A stretch of 64,000 nucleotides of DNA from an uncultured Methanomassiliicoccales archaeon (GTDB lineage: Archaea > Thermoplasmatota > Thermoplasmata > Methanomassiliicoccales > UBA472): positions 640,001 to 704,000 of the forward strand of contig OY968769.1 in assembly GCA_963695345.1 (NCBI GenBank), given 5' to 3'. How positions within the stretch are numbered: the stretch's first letter is position 1; every line of letters begins with the position of its first letter. The notes beneath the pieces are model-generated. The model was not told the DNA's origin. It saw nothing but the letters and a program-made list of their open reading frames with translations, and did no database searches. Both the position numbers and the translations under genes were made by a program. Shown here piece by piece: positions 1 through 11,985 of the stretch.

Positions 1-1204
<1,204 letters not shown>

Positions 1205-1461
1205 CGATCCTATGCTTAATCCATGATTACTGCTAAGGATTTAACACGAAATTGGCAGGATTACCAAGTTTCACCAGCGATACCACTTCAATATTAGTGA
1301 TATTCGCCATCGATCGTCAGAACCAAGAGAGCACGTCATTCTTGACGGAGATCTCAGTTCTCCATTATCGCTCACAGCTCTTTTTAGCTATACAGGCCAT
1401 TCGACCCATACTGCTCTTTTTATGCTGTGTCTTAGCGTAGAATCCCCTTAACTTCGGTCAC

Positions 1462-1557
1462 ATATATAACCGTTTGGTTTAGGGGGCTTCTTTCGCCTTT
1501 CCCATGCCTTTCATGGCAAGGTAGCCCCTCACCTCGGTTTTGATATATAAACCTTTT
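1462..1557 (-). promoter_or_regulatory. Two tandem BRE/TATA promoters of the 16S rRNA gene
   Basis: Minus strand GAAAAGG-TTTATATAT (TATA at 1543-1551) and CAAACGG-TTATATAT (TATA at 1462-1469), about 80 nt apart, upstream of the 16S leader. Confidence 0.7.
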
Positions 1558-2339
1558 CCAAGGGGGCTTTTTGGTGTCTTACGGTGCAATCCGACCCCAT
1601 GGATGGGGCCGATTTCATCGTATTATCGGCTAACACCTCATCATACATATACTCTGCGGAGAACCCCGATGATGTGTTGACCCTGCCAAGGGTGGATTTG
1701 CGCCGGATCTTCGGATGAAACCAATTAAAAACGAATTGAAAAAAGTTAAAAGATCGTGGTGAAAAGGTAAGAAATGGTTCTGGACCGTGTCTTTGATAAA
1801 GGTCATTCCGAAACGTCCACATAATAGAAGGTTGACCGGTCGGGCAATGAGCCAAAAACGTGGCATAGAAGTCATCCTGGATATGAAGATCCCGGCCCAG
1901 AGAATTTGCAGGTCGGGGAAACTGAGGGATAATGATTGAAGGGCTGGAACGGGTGACTTATCGTTCGATATGGTTCCCAAGGACGATCTCGGCCGCAAGA
2001 AACGCGAACACCGAGAGGAGCAATACAGGAATGCTCTCCACGATTACCCTTAGAGGGTCGGCCCATATCCTAGGGAAAGCAAGGAGGAACAATAAGAACG
2101 CCCACACCGAGCAACAGAGGAACACGCTCCAAGAACCCGCTGGCCAGGGGGGTCATCGAGCCGATACCAGGAGGACGGTCGAGCTGGTGATGAAGCTGAC
2201 CTGCCATCACATAAGGTCCTTCAGAGCACTCTGCCTGAAATATTGCATGTGCCTATCAAAATATTGAACCAAACCGCGTGCGGTGGGAACTCCCTATTGT
2301 CACGGCACCCCCTAGTCGCTCATTCGAAAGGGATATTCT

Positions 2340-2769
2340 CTAGTAGAATAGTTCCAGGCTGACAATTTCTCCCACGGGCTTGTCTTCATCGCCCATAACA
2401 GGCAACGCATCCCATTCTTCACCATCGCATTGAGGACGTTCCGAGCTTGGCATCTCTCCTCACTTTGGTCACCTTTTGGAACGCACCCCTCACATCGTCC
2501 CCCCAGGGGCGTCGCGCATGAAACGGTAAAAGGAAAAGTGCTCTCCCCATCACCCCGACCTTTGTTGCCTAGGAGCTTAAGGAGCGTTCTCTTGGTAATG
2601 ACCTCCACGAATCGTCCCCTTCATCCATTACGTACACTTTGTTAGAAGGGGGTTGCGAAGCATCTCCTCATTTGCATCCCTAATCCTCGAACCTTCCTTG
2701 ACCACAGAGGGCTTTTTGAACAATCTCCTAACGTCCCCACCAGAGTATCTTGAAAGCTCTTCTCGACAT
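2340..2769 (-). pseudogene. Degraded CBS-domain protein, paralog of 4795..5268
   Basis: Frame-switching translation gives ...LVGDVRRLFKKPSVVKEGSRIRDANEEMLRNP/SNKVYVMDE/...KRTLLKLLG.../KVTKVRRDAKL/.../LPVMGDEDKPVGEIVSLELFY*. This is collinear with ILVGDV...MLLNPLSRKVYVVD...LPVVDSKGKLIGELVSLELF of the intact CBS gene. It has many frameshifts. Confidence 0.7.
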
Positions 2770-2858
2770 CTACCTTGCCTCGTCCATATGGAGCTAGGCA
2801 TAAAGCGAGCTCTCATCCTGTCCATTCACATCAGATGGTCGATAGGTGTAGGTCCGCA

Positions 2859-4238
2859 CTATAGAAGATTGAAGTCCTCGAAGACGATATCTTTCATTCG
2901 GACGCCCATTTTCACGAACTGCCTGGACAGGTCCTCCATCAAGGGCAGTGGCCCACAGAGGAAGATGACCTTGCCGAGAACCTTCTCTCTTCCGCCGAGC
3001 AACTCGGATATCTTTTCGGAGTCCAAACGTCCCTGCTTGCTGGACACCCAGGGATGAAACCTCAGTTCCCTGCTCTTATTCACTTCTCTGATAAGCTCAT
3101 CATAGTATAGCGCCTCCTCGGTGTATCGATATGCCCATATCAGGTCAACTTGCCGCCCGATGGGGTTCTCGGATTCGTTCCTCGCCATGCTCAGGAAGGG
3201 AGTGATTCCAATGCCTCCGGCGATCCAGATCATATCTCGCTTATGGTCAAGATATCGTTCCCCGAACTTACCGTAAGGTCCCATTATCACTGCCTCATCA
3301 CCTTCTCTCACCAACGGTACCTGCTCACTCGTGAAGTCGCCCTGTTTCTTGATGGAAAGGCGGATCGTATCCTCATGTGGATGGTTCGATATGGAAAATG
3401 GCCACATCTCATGGGAACTCCCTGCGCGAGGAAACCTCACGAATACGAACTGCCCAGGGTGAAACGATAGGCTTCTATCCCCAGACCTCAGGTGTATCTC
3501 GGTCAGATCTGGGAAGCGGTTCACCTTAACCACCGTCATGAGTCTCTTGGGGCCGAAGTGTCGGTAGAGGACTAGGGTGTAAGCGTAGGCAAGCACCCCC
3601 AGGCCGCCGATCAGCAGGACCCAGTACCTAAGGACAGGGTAACCTTGGATATCTGAGCCGGCGTCAAGGGCATGCCATATCGCGAATATGAGGGGTAGGA
3701 CCATCAAGCGGTGTGTCTTCAGCCAAACGCTATAGGAGATCCGCATGTGCAGTGTTAGGGACAGCAGCACGAGCAATACCATCAAGGAAATGATCCCTAA
3801 CGTGTTAGGGAAGTTAAGACCTGGAACATAGAGCGTGAGTATATATGACCCGGCCGGGAAAGCGCGGATGGTCAGGAAGGCTATGTGGAATATGATGAAG
3901 AACAGGGTCAGCCTCCCCACCACCTTATGCACCTTGTACTGTCTGTCCAGCCCTCCAAAGAGGTTTTCCAGAAATGACCACCTAGTGGATGTCAGGAAGT
4001 TGATGGAAAGAAATGAGATCGCCAGGAAAGCAAAGGTCTTCGCCAGGACAGTGATGATGCTTCGCAAGGATTCGGACCCCTGGACGACCCACACAACCAG
4101 GGTAACGGAGCAGATAAGCATCATGAGGATAGCTCCAGCTGACTTGAGGGGAGCCCTATGGAACGGGTCTGATATTTTCTCGGGGAAATAGCTCTTCAGT
4201 ATGTCTTTCACTTTTGATGCCTTAGTTCCCTTGCCCAT
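2859..4238 (-). CDS. Ferric reductase-like transmembrane domain plus FAD/NAD-binding (FNR-type) oxidoreductase
   Basis: N-terminal TM helices with heme His pairs (YKVHK...IFH; KTHRL...IWH). FNR motifs PGQFVFV, WPFSIS, GPYGKF, IAGGIGITPF, FLCGP, and C-terminal FEDF. Confidence 0.88.
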   Translation of the reverse strand: MGKGTKASKVKDILKSYFPEKISDPFHRAPLKSAGAILMMLICSVTLVVWVVQGSESLRSIITVLAKTFAFLAISFLSINFLTSTRWSFLENLFGGLDRQYKVHKVVGRLTLFFIIFHIAFLTIRAFPAGSYILTLYVPGLNFPNTLGIISLMVLLVLLSLTLHMRISYSVWLKTHRLMVLPLIFAIWHALDAGSDIQGYPVLRYWVLLIGGLGVLAYAYTLVLYRHFGPKRLMTVVKVNRFPDLTEIHLRSGDRSLSFHPGQFVFVRFPRAGSSHEMWPFSISNHPHEDTIRLSIKKQGDFTSEQVPLVREGDEAVIMGPYGKFGERYLDHKRDMIWIAGGIGITPFLSMARNESENPIGRQVDLIWAYRYTEEALYYDELIREVNKSRELRFHPWVSSKQGRLDSEKISELLGGREKVLGKVIFLCGPLPLMEDLSRQFVKMGVRMKDIVFEDFNLL

Positions 4239-4794
4239 CTGCCATTCCCCCTAAGTATGGCTATAATGGTAGTATAGCTCCCATTTTATTTTAACGATTC
4301 ATGGTCAGGGGCAGATGCTCTGCATCTAGCTGGAGCAACGTTACGACCCGACCATACGCGCGATGATGATACGTCAGAGCACATGGCCATGCCTGCATTA
4401 CATTCAGGCCTGAGAAAAATCACTTGACCGACCTTCAGTTCTCAGTTCACCAGGGATCCAAAGGATCTTCGATCAGGTGCTATTCGGGCAGGATTGCCAG
4501 CTTCCGGAACGATATGCTCTAGGAGCATTATGGTGCTGTCAGTGTTCGATCCTCAGGTGAACGTCCACAGACCTGCAGCGATCCAGGAAAGTTATGACGG
4601 TTAAGGTTTGGATGAGAGAGGCCCGTCGTGAGCGCATACTCTCGAATCTGCTGGAGGCCATCAGGCAGAGGATGAGGGCTTCGAATTGGCGGATTCATGA
4701 TGTTAATGCTCTTACAAAAATGCCCGGCAACATGACCCCGGAGTGTCTCCCATGCCGAAAAGAGTGGTCCCTTTATTGTTTTCCATAAGAGACC

Positions 4795-5268
4795 TTACTC
4801 CTCCTCGAACACCTTCTTACCTACTATGAAGAGCTCCAAACTCACCAGTTCTCCGATGAGTTTGCCTTTGGAGTCCACCACCGGCAGATCGTTGAGATGG
4901 TCGTCCAGCATCGTTCGCATGGCCGCAGTGAGCTTCGTTTCCTTGGTGACCGTCCGGCTCTTGACCATTATGCTATCTGCCTCCTCCTTAAAGATGCCGA
5001 CTATGAACTGGAAAAACGATAGACTTGAATTTTCCCTTACACCATACCGGTATCCCATCAACCGCAGGATCGTTTCGGTGTTTACTGTTCCAACATATCT
5101 ACCCATGTCATCGACGACATACACTTTCCTGGAAAGTGGGTTGAGGAGCATCTGATCTATGACCTCCCCGATCTTTGCGTCCCGTTTGACCTGGGATGCC
5201 TTCATCACGATCTTATCGTATACATCGCCGACCAGTATATCTCCGAACTTCTTCTCGCGGTATGGCAT
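4795..5268 (-). CDS. CBS domain pair protein
   Basis: Two CBS repeats (VYVVDDMGRYVG; LPVVDSKGKLIG). Confidence 0.85.
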   Translation of the reverse strand: MPYREKKFGDILVGDVYDKIVMKASQVKRDAKIGEVIDQMLLNPLSRKVYVVDDMGRYVGTVNTETILRLMGYRYGVRENSSLSFFQFIVGIFKEEADSIMVKSRTVTKETKLTAAMRTMLDDHLNDLPVVDSKGKLIGELVSLELFIVGKKVFEEE

Positions 5269-5427
5269 GGATGTGAATTAGCAAAAGAATCATTATACAA
5301 TTTCCATCAAATACCTCGATCTTGAGGGACAATGTCGTGACCATCTTACTAATTTGGATTTATCATCGACGGTTCGGAACGAGGATGCGCCATATGGATG
5401 AGATAGCCATAAACGGTTCTTTAACGA

Positions 5428-5694
5428 CTACTCGTTCCTGTTCCTATTGGTAAAGGTGCCGACATGCACTTGTCGAGGATACCAAGGAAATCTGCCCCTT
5501 GTCCCGGTCGAATCAGTGAACTTGAAACCACCTTCGAAGGATCGTGCTTCCAAGAACCGGGTTGCCTCAATGCCAAACCTTTTGCCCCCGAACAGAGTAA
5601 CCAGATCGTTCTGTTCCGTCTTTATACCAAACAGGAACATGGGGTTTTGCTGGAACATGTAGTTGCCCATGGGAGATTTGACCTCGACCTCCAT
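5428..5694 (-). CDS. Hypothetical protein (88 aa)
   Basis: ATG-started ORF with protein-like composition; no recognisable motif. Confidence 0.3.
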   Translation of the reverse strand: MEVEVKSPMGNYMFQQNPMFLFGIKTEQNDLVTLFGGKRFGIEATRFLEARSFEGGFKFTDSTGTRGRFPWYPRQVHVGTFTNRNRNE

Positions 5695-6018
5695 CTAGTA
5701 GTTTCCACGCGCTTAGAAATGTACAACATTAATTCATTCATCATTGTCGAAGTGATAGGATAACGATCGAATTCAGCGATTCCTCTAAGAATTAGTTTGA
5801 TCGATAGGACTTTTTCAGAGGATGTTTCGTGAAGATTGACCCACGACCCCCTTACCAGCTATGATAGTTTACTCATCATCGAGCGCTTTGCTCGTTCAAA
5901 GGTCATCAAAAGAGTTCTTGGGGCTCGATAGGCTCCCCTTGCCCCGGCCGGCCTAACCAGCCATCGGAGGCTAGATAAAAACCTTTAAGAACGACATGGA
6001 CTTTCTCAGACCCCTAAA

Positions 6019-6105
6019 GCGGAGGTGGCCCAGCTCGGTAAGGCGATGGATTGCTAATCCATTGTCCGAAAGGACCCGGGGGTTCAAATCCCCCCCTTCG
6101 CGCCA
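6019..6105 (+). tRNA. tRNA-Ser(GCT), long variable arm, CCA encoded
   Basis: Acceptor stem GCGGAGG/CCTTCGC, discriminator G, then CCA. Anticodon arm ATGGA-TTGCTAA-TCCAT, variable arm GTCC-GAAA-GGAC, T-loop GGTTCAAATCC. Upstream AAAAACCTTTAAG is promoter-like. Confidence 0.95.
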
Positions 6106-6379
6106 TTTATCTATCCATCGTCTTCTTAGCGACTTCTTAGGGAATCATTCTCCGTCTGGTGTTTCCGCAACTATCCAAATGTTTGGTTCTGTCTCTAAGA
6201 TTTATTAATCATTTGTTCCTGAAGATGTTCAAGAACAGTCCCTTAGACTACCACTAATCGATAGATTTGCCAACGTTCGGAAAATATTCTGTCAATCCAT
6301 CGAGAGTTTTATAACGTTATGAAATCCTCATTCATTCTCATAAAGGCCTCGGGCCTGGATCTTAGGGAGGAGTATACGC

Positions 6380-7897
6380 ATGGTCAAATTGACAAAATAT
6401 CTAGCATTGGCTATTGTCACCACGATGGTCGCTTTGGCGGCGATCCCCTTTATGGAGAACACGGGGGCAGTTCCTACGGGTTGGAATGAAAAACAGATCT
6501 CGGCGGATTATGCTCCTCAGGCGAGCTCGATAGCGGTTGATAGCAGCGGCAAAGTCCATATCATCGGTGTGGACGCCAACTATTACAACAAGGTGTTCTA
6601 CATGGATGATGTATCCGGTTCCTGGTCAACCCCATATACCATCGATAGTAGCAATGTAAAACAGCCTGGAATCGCAGTGGATTCGGCTGGGAAATCCCAC
6701 GTCGCGTATGTCAAGGACTTCAATCTGAAGTATGCCACCAACGCCGGTGGATCGTGGGTGAACACGACGATCTGCCCCATCCCCCAAGGGGTCACAACCG
6801 GTGTGGCGATCGCAGTTGACCATGCCAATAAAGTGTACATCACATTCAACAACTATACTCCCTATTCGCATGTTTATCTGGCATCCAACGTTCTTGGATA
6901 CTGGACCATCGAGAATGTCACCCCTGCCTTGAGCTACGAGAGCTGGCCGTACCTGGCCATCGACTCGAACAACAAAGTGCACATCGCATGCTTCTCCACC
7001 GGAGCGAACAAAGGCCTGGTGTATCATGCCAACACGACAGGGACCTGGTCCACGACGCTGCTCGATTCGGCATTGAACATCACTAACATCGCCATGTGTG
7101 TTGACCACAACGACAAGGCCCACATAGCCTACGAGACAAGCTATACGAACATCAACTACACGACCAACGCGGGGAGCGCATGGCAAAGGTCAACGGTCAC
7201 CAGGATTCCGGTGCAGCATGGGGATCTCCAGTACCTGCCCCAGATTGTAGTAGACTCTAGCAACAACCCCAGTATCTGCTACACCAACAATACTGCTGGA
7301 GCCATTAACGAGGAGCAATACGTGCACATCGTGACCAAGTCCGGTTCATCGTGGACCAATCTCCGTCTAGGAAATGGACTCAGTCAGAGCATGGCCATCA
7401 GCGCTACCGACGAATATTATGTGGTGTCCCATAGAAGCGGCACCATCCTCGATTCAACGGCGACCATCACCGGGAGCACCTCTACCGATGGAGTGGCACC
7501 GGGACCGCTCACCTCGGTCAAGGCGACCGCCGTATCCAACAAGGTGACCCTTACCTGGGAGGCACCAACAACGGGGGGAGATACGACCTGGGTGAAGATA
7601 TACAGGTCACTGGACGAGACCATGCCGGCCTCTCCGATAATCACGATCGACTACTCAAAAATGCAGTATGCGGACAGTGCCGTGGAGACCAATAAGACCT
7701 ACCATTACTGGCTCGTCTCCAGTAACACCTATGGGAACGGGCCTTCGGTCTCAACAGCAGGCACGACCGTCGGAGCTGCATCACCTTCAACCTCGACACC
7801 GGGGAGCGGTGGAGGGTTGATCCTCTTGGTGTTGATCCTTGTGATTATATTGGTCATCGTGGCCTTCGTCTTTATAAGGAGGAGAAGGAGGACTTAA
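6380..7897 (+). CDS. Cell-surface protein: signal peptide, about 7 beta-propeller-like repeats, FN3 domain, C-terminal TM anchor
   Basis: N-terminal signal peptide; repeated IAVDxxxKxH(I/V) units; FN3 signature (VTLTWEAP...IYRS...YADS...TYHYWL); S/T-rich linker; hydrophobic helix followed by RRRRRT. Confidence 0.85.
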   Translation: MVKLTKYLALAIVTTMVALAAIPFMENTGAVPTGWNEKQISADYAPQASSIAVDSSGKVHIIGVDANYYNKVFYMDDVSGSWSTPYTIDSSNVKQPGIAVDSAGKSHVAYVKDFNLKYATNAGGSWVNTTICPIPQGVTTGVAIAVDHANKVYITFNNYTPYSHVYLASNVLGYWTIENVTPALSYESWPYLAIDSNNKVHIACFSTGANKGLVYHANTTGTWSTTLLDSALNITNIAMCVDHNDKAHIAYETSYTNINYTTNAGSAWQRSTVTRIPVQHGDLQYLPQIVVDSSNNPSICYTNNTAGAINEEQYVHIVTKSGSSWTNLRLGNGLSQSMAISATDEYYVVSHRSGTILDSTATITGSTSTDGVAPGPLTSVKATAVSNKVTLTWEAPTTGGDTTWVKIYRSLDETMPASPIITIDYSKMQYADSAVETNKTYHYWLVSSNTYGNGPSVSTAGTTVGAASPSTSTPGSGGGLILLVLILVIILVIVAFVFIRRRRRT

Positions 7898-8233
7898 CCA
7901 CAAACACATCGGTTCTTTGTCGAAATGAGGCTTTCCGGCCTCCCCTGATATCTATTTCACATCTGGCTACAAATGGATATCGTTCTCCGCCTTTCTCGCT
8001 ACTTTCAATCCCAATCTCGAAATCCTCTCATTCTGTTGCGAACACCAGTTCAAAACGATGCTGGATTATTGAGTATTTCAATAAGATCCTGACCATACAT
8101 GGCAGCATGAAAAGTCCTCTGACAGAATGCGTCCAGCGTAGGGGAGATCAATTTCTTTATGTCCATCTTGATGGCCAGGCCAACAAGTAGATACCACGAT
8201 ATGCCCTATGATACAATGGGCAGGTATCGGATC

Positions 8234-11200
8234 ATGATCGCTATCCTATACGTTGATGATGATGTTGATCAGCTGGACCTAGGCAAAATATTCCTGGAGG
8301 AGATGGAGGATTTCCAGGTTAAAACGGCGGCATCTGCCAACGAAGGGCTGATGCTTCTAAGAGACACGGACTATGATGCGATTATTTCAGATTACCAGAT
8401 GCCGGTGATGGACGGAATAGGTTTCCTGAAGACAGTAAGGGGCATACACCGCAACATGCCCTTCATACTGTTTACTGGCAAAGGCCGCGAGGAGGTAGTC
8501 ATCGATGCGATCAACAACGGAGCGGATTTCTACCTTCAGAAAGGCGGTGACCCCGGGGCCACTTTCATCGAGCTCGCTCATAAGGTGAGGCAGGCAGTGA
8601 ACCGAAACCGCGCTGAGCGAGAGTTGAGGAAGAAGACCGCAGAACTGGACAATTTCTTCTTGCTGTCGTTAGACATGCTCTGCATCGCGGACATGGACGG
8701 CCACATTGTTCGAGCCAATAAAGCCTGGGAGGATACTCTTGGCTATAGTTTGCAGGAACTTGAGGGGGCAAGGTTCCTCGATTTCGTACACCCTGATGAT
8801 GTTGTTACAACTCAATTGGCCATGGCGGAGCTAGAAAACGGCAATAAAGCACTCGATTTCCTCAATCGATACCGGACCAAGCATGGAGACTATCGCTGGA
8901 TAGAATGGAGGTCGATACCCTACGAAGGGAGATTGATCTACGCGGCGGCCCGAGACATCACGGACAGGAAGTTGGCAGAGGACCAATTGAGGGAAGCATA
9001 TGAATTGATAGCTGCGAATGAAGAGGAACTGCATCAACAGTTCGATGAACTGATTCAGAACCAGGAAAATCTAAAGGCGGTGAACCTGCAGTTGAACAGT
9101 CAAGAAGAGGCCTTGCGCACCCAGCTTGCGCAGATCACCAGTATCCACAGTGAATTGTTGAGCAGCGAGAAGAACTTTCAACTTCTGGTAGAGAACGCAC
9201 CGGATGCCATCTTCATAGCGAGCCACGATTTCCGATTTGTTTTCATAAACCGAGCGGGGGTCAGGATGTTTGGGGCATCGGTTGCCGAAGAGCTATTGGG
9301 CACCTCGACCTTCGATAGGATACACCCGAGTTTCCATTCGATAGTAAGGGAGCGCGTGAGGCAGCTCACCGTCGAATGTGAACCGGTCAAGCCTCTTGAG
9401 GAGGTGTACATCAGGATGGACGGCTCTCCGGTGGCGGTTGAGGTCGGCGTAGTTCCATTTGACTATAGAGGGAAGAACGGAACCCTGGTGATCGTGCGGG
9501 ATATCACTGAACGGAAGCGGGCAGAAGAGGCGTTACAGCGCTCTGAGCAGATGCTGAAGATCGTCCTAGATAACTTCCCTGGAGTGGTATTTTGGAAGGA
9601 TCGCGATTTGGTCTATCTGGGAGCCAATCTGGAATCGGCTAGAATCGCAGGGTTCACTGATTCTAGGGAAATTGTTGGCAAGACTGATTTTGACATGCCC
9701 TGGGCGAAAACAGAAGCAGAGGCCTACCGGGCAGATGATCGTCAGGTGATTGAGAGCGGTCAACCGAAGCTTCACGTCATTGAAAGACAGCTCAGAGTCG
9801 GCGGCGAGATAGGTTGGCTGGATACAAGCAAGGTTCCCTTGCGGGATTCTGGGGGGAATGTGGTTGGAATGTTGGGTACATCTACCGATATAACGGTTCT
9901 GAAACGGGCCGAGGAGAAACTTCTCCAAGCGAATCTGGTGGTGGAGAACGGTCCTGCCGTGCTTTTCTGCTGGAAGATGGAGGAGGACTGGCCAGTCGAG
10001 TTGGTCTCCAAGAATATCAGGCAGTTCGGATATTCTCAGGAGGAGTTCCTATCTGGTGCGGTAAAATTTGCCCAGATCGTCCATCCCGAAGATCTCGGAA
10101 GAGTCAGGGAGGAGGTAGACCGCCATATAGCACTAGGTACGGACCATTTCAAGCAGACCTACCGAATATTGAGCAAAGAGGGTGATGTCCACTGGGTGGA
10201 CGACCGAACGGCCACAGTCAAGGACACCGGGGGTCGCATCGCGCATCTCCAGGGAATAATAATCGATATCACCGATCGAATGAGCGTCGAGAGAGCCCTC
10301 CTTCGCAAGAATGAGGAGCTGAACATAGCTTACGATACCTTGAGCAAGATCGAGGAGAAACTACGAGGCAACTTTGCTCGACTGAGCACTAAGGAATATG
10401 AGCTGGAGGCGAGCGAGAAGCGCTACAGAAGGCTGCTCGAACAGACGTATGATGCCATAATAACCCATCATGACGGCAAGATCGTACAGGCGAATGAGGC
10501 AGCTTGCAGACTTGTCGGGGCAAGGTCGATCGACGACCTGATCGGACGCTCGGTCATCGATTTCGGAGGACCAGGATTAAAGGAGGTGATCGTTCAGAGG
10601 ATGGAGCACCTATATGCCAATCCAGGCATCATCGAGCCCCTCATCGGGGAGAAACTCCGACGGTTGGACGGCTCGATCATAGATGTGGAAGCGATCGCCA
10701 CCAGTTACCTAGAGCAAGGAAAGACATGCGTCCAGGTGATATTCAGGGACGTTTCTGAACGGAACCGTATCCTGAATGATTCACAGGAGAGCGAGGAGAA
10801 GTATCACCAGCTCTTCGAGTTAGGCGGTGAGGCGATATTCCTCATCGATAACGAAGATGGCAGGCTCATGGAGTGCAACACCGCTGCCACGGAGATGTAC
10901 GGATACAGCCATGATGAGCTGGTCCACATGCAAAATACGGACCTATCGGCGGAGCCAGGGGAGACCAAGAGGATGACGATTGAGAGTTCTGATGGAGAGG
11001 TAGTTGTTCCCGTAAGGTATCACCGCCGCAAGGACGGGAGAACGTTCCCAGTGGAGATAAACGGCCGTTTCTTCTCCTGGAAAGGCAGGAGGGTCCATGT
11101 GGCGGCAATCCGCGACATTACTGAGCGCATGAGGATCGACGACGCCCTCCGTCAGATAAACAGAAAGCTAAACCTGCTCAACAGCATAACCAGGCACGAC

Positions 11201-11791
11201 ATCATCAACAAAATCGTGGTACTGCAGGGGAACATCGACATCGCCAAGAAGAGGTCCAGCGACCCGTCGATGAAAGAGTATCTGGACCGGCTGGACAATG
11301 CCACCAAGGCCATCCAGGAGCATGTAGAGTTCAGCCGGATATATCAGGACCTCGGCCAGCAGGGGCCGGTCTGGCAGCCAATTGGCGAATTGATCGGGAC
11401 GATGGACATTCCTCCTGGCCTGACCCTCGAGCAAGAGGTAGGAGAGATCGAGGTGTATGCTGATCCCATGCTCAGGAAGGTCTTCTACAACCTTCTCGAC
11501 AATACCATCCGACACGGAATCAGGAGCACAAAGGTTGTGGTCTCCCTAGACGAGAACAAGGATGGCCTGATCATAGCATGGGAGGATGATGGCATCGGCG
11601 TTCCCACCACCGAGAAGGAGAAGATATTCGAGCACGGATATGGCAAGAACACCGGATTGGGCCTCTTCATCTCCAGAGAGATTCTGGCGATCACAGCCAT
11701 CGGCATTAGGGAGACCGGAATGGAAGGGAAAGGCGCCCGCTTCGAAATCACCGTCCCGAATGGCGGGTACCGTCACGTCAGCAGCAACTGA
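8234..11791 (+). CDS. Hybrid sensor kinase: REC, multiple PAS/PAC domains, HisKA/HATPase
   Basis: ILYVDDD...SDYQMP receiver; several PAS/PAC domains ending in RDIT; H-box ITRHDIIN; N-box NLLDNTIRHG; DDGIG; GLGL. The start is probably ATG 8234 (ORF track starts at 8159). Confidence 0.92.
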   Translation: MIAILYVDDDVDQLDLGKIFLEEMEDFQVKTAASANEGLMLLRDTDYDAIISDYQMPVMDGIGFLKTVRGIHRNMPFILFTGKGREEVVIDAINNGADFYLQKGGDPGATFIELAHKVRQAVNRNRAERELRKKTAELDNFFLLSLDMLCIADMDGHIVRANKAWEDTLGYSLQELEGARFLDFVHPDDVVTTQLAMAELENGNKALDFLNRYRTKHGDYRWIEWRSIPYEGRLIYAAARDITDRKLAEDQLREAYELIAANEEELHQQFDELIQNQENLKAVNLQLNSQEEALRTQLAQITSIHSELLSSEKNFQLLVENAPDAIFIASHDFRFVFINRAGVRMFGASVAEELLGTSTFDRIHPSFHSIVRERVRQLTVECEPVKPLEEVYIRMDGSPVAVEVGVVPFDYRGKNGTLVIVRDITERKRAEEALQRSEQMLKIVLDNFPGVVFWKDRDLVYLGANLESARIAGFTDSREIVGKTDFDMPWAKTEAEAYRADDRQVIESGQPKLHVIERQLRVGGEIGWLDTSKVPLRDSGGNVVGMLGTSTDITVLKRAEEKLLQANLVVENGPAVLFCWKMEEDWPVELVSKNIRQFGYSQEEFLSGAVKFAQIVHPEDLGRVREEVDRHIALGTDHFKQTYRILSKEGDVHWVDDRTATVKDTGGRIAHLQGIIIDITDRMSVERALLRKNEELNIAYDTLSKIEEKLRGNFARLSTKEYELEASEKRYRRLLEQTYDAIITHHDGKIVQANEAACRLVGARSIDDLIGRSVIDFGGPGLKEVIVQRMEHLYANPGIIEPLIGEKLRRLDGSIIDVEAIATSYLEQGKTCVQVIFRDVSERNRILNDSQESEEKYHQLFELGGEAIFLIDNEDGRLMECNTAATEMYGYSHDELVHMQNTDLSAEPGETKRMTIESSDGEVVVPVRYHRRKDGRTFPVEINGRFFSWKGRRVHVAAIRDITERMRIDDALRQINRKLNLLNSITRHDIINKIVVLQGNIDIAKKRSSDPSMKEYLDRLDNATKAIQEHVEFSRIYQDLGQQGPVWQPIGELIGTMDIPPGLTLEQEVGEIEVYADPMLRKVFYNLLDNTIRHGIRSTKVVVSLDENKDGLIIAWEDDGIGVPTTEKEKIFEHGYGKNTGLGLFISREILAITAIGIRETGMEGKGARFEITVPNGGYRHVSSN

Positions 11792-11985
11792 TGCCATGGT
11801 CGGAATAGGATGAATTCACGTATCGGTTCCCGGCAGAAAGGATGGTTCTTTAGCCTGTCGGGCAGGAATGCCGTAGCGACGCAACGAAACGATGTGACTG
11901 GATAGCCGCCACATTCTGTTATTGGTAGTACCGTTCCAACTGGTAATGTTTATATTCAAGTTGGGGCTTGAGAGTGACGATACCA

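Noticed and set aside
4260-4790. Possible gene remnant between the CBS gene and the ferric reductase
   Set aside because: Only short hydrophobic fragments; no family could be recognised by eye.
6019-11800. Possible integrative element at tRNA-Ser
   Set aside because: No integrase, no duplicated tRNA 3' end (att site) and no mobile genes are visible downstream.
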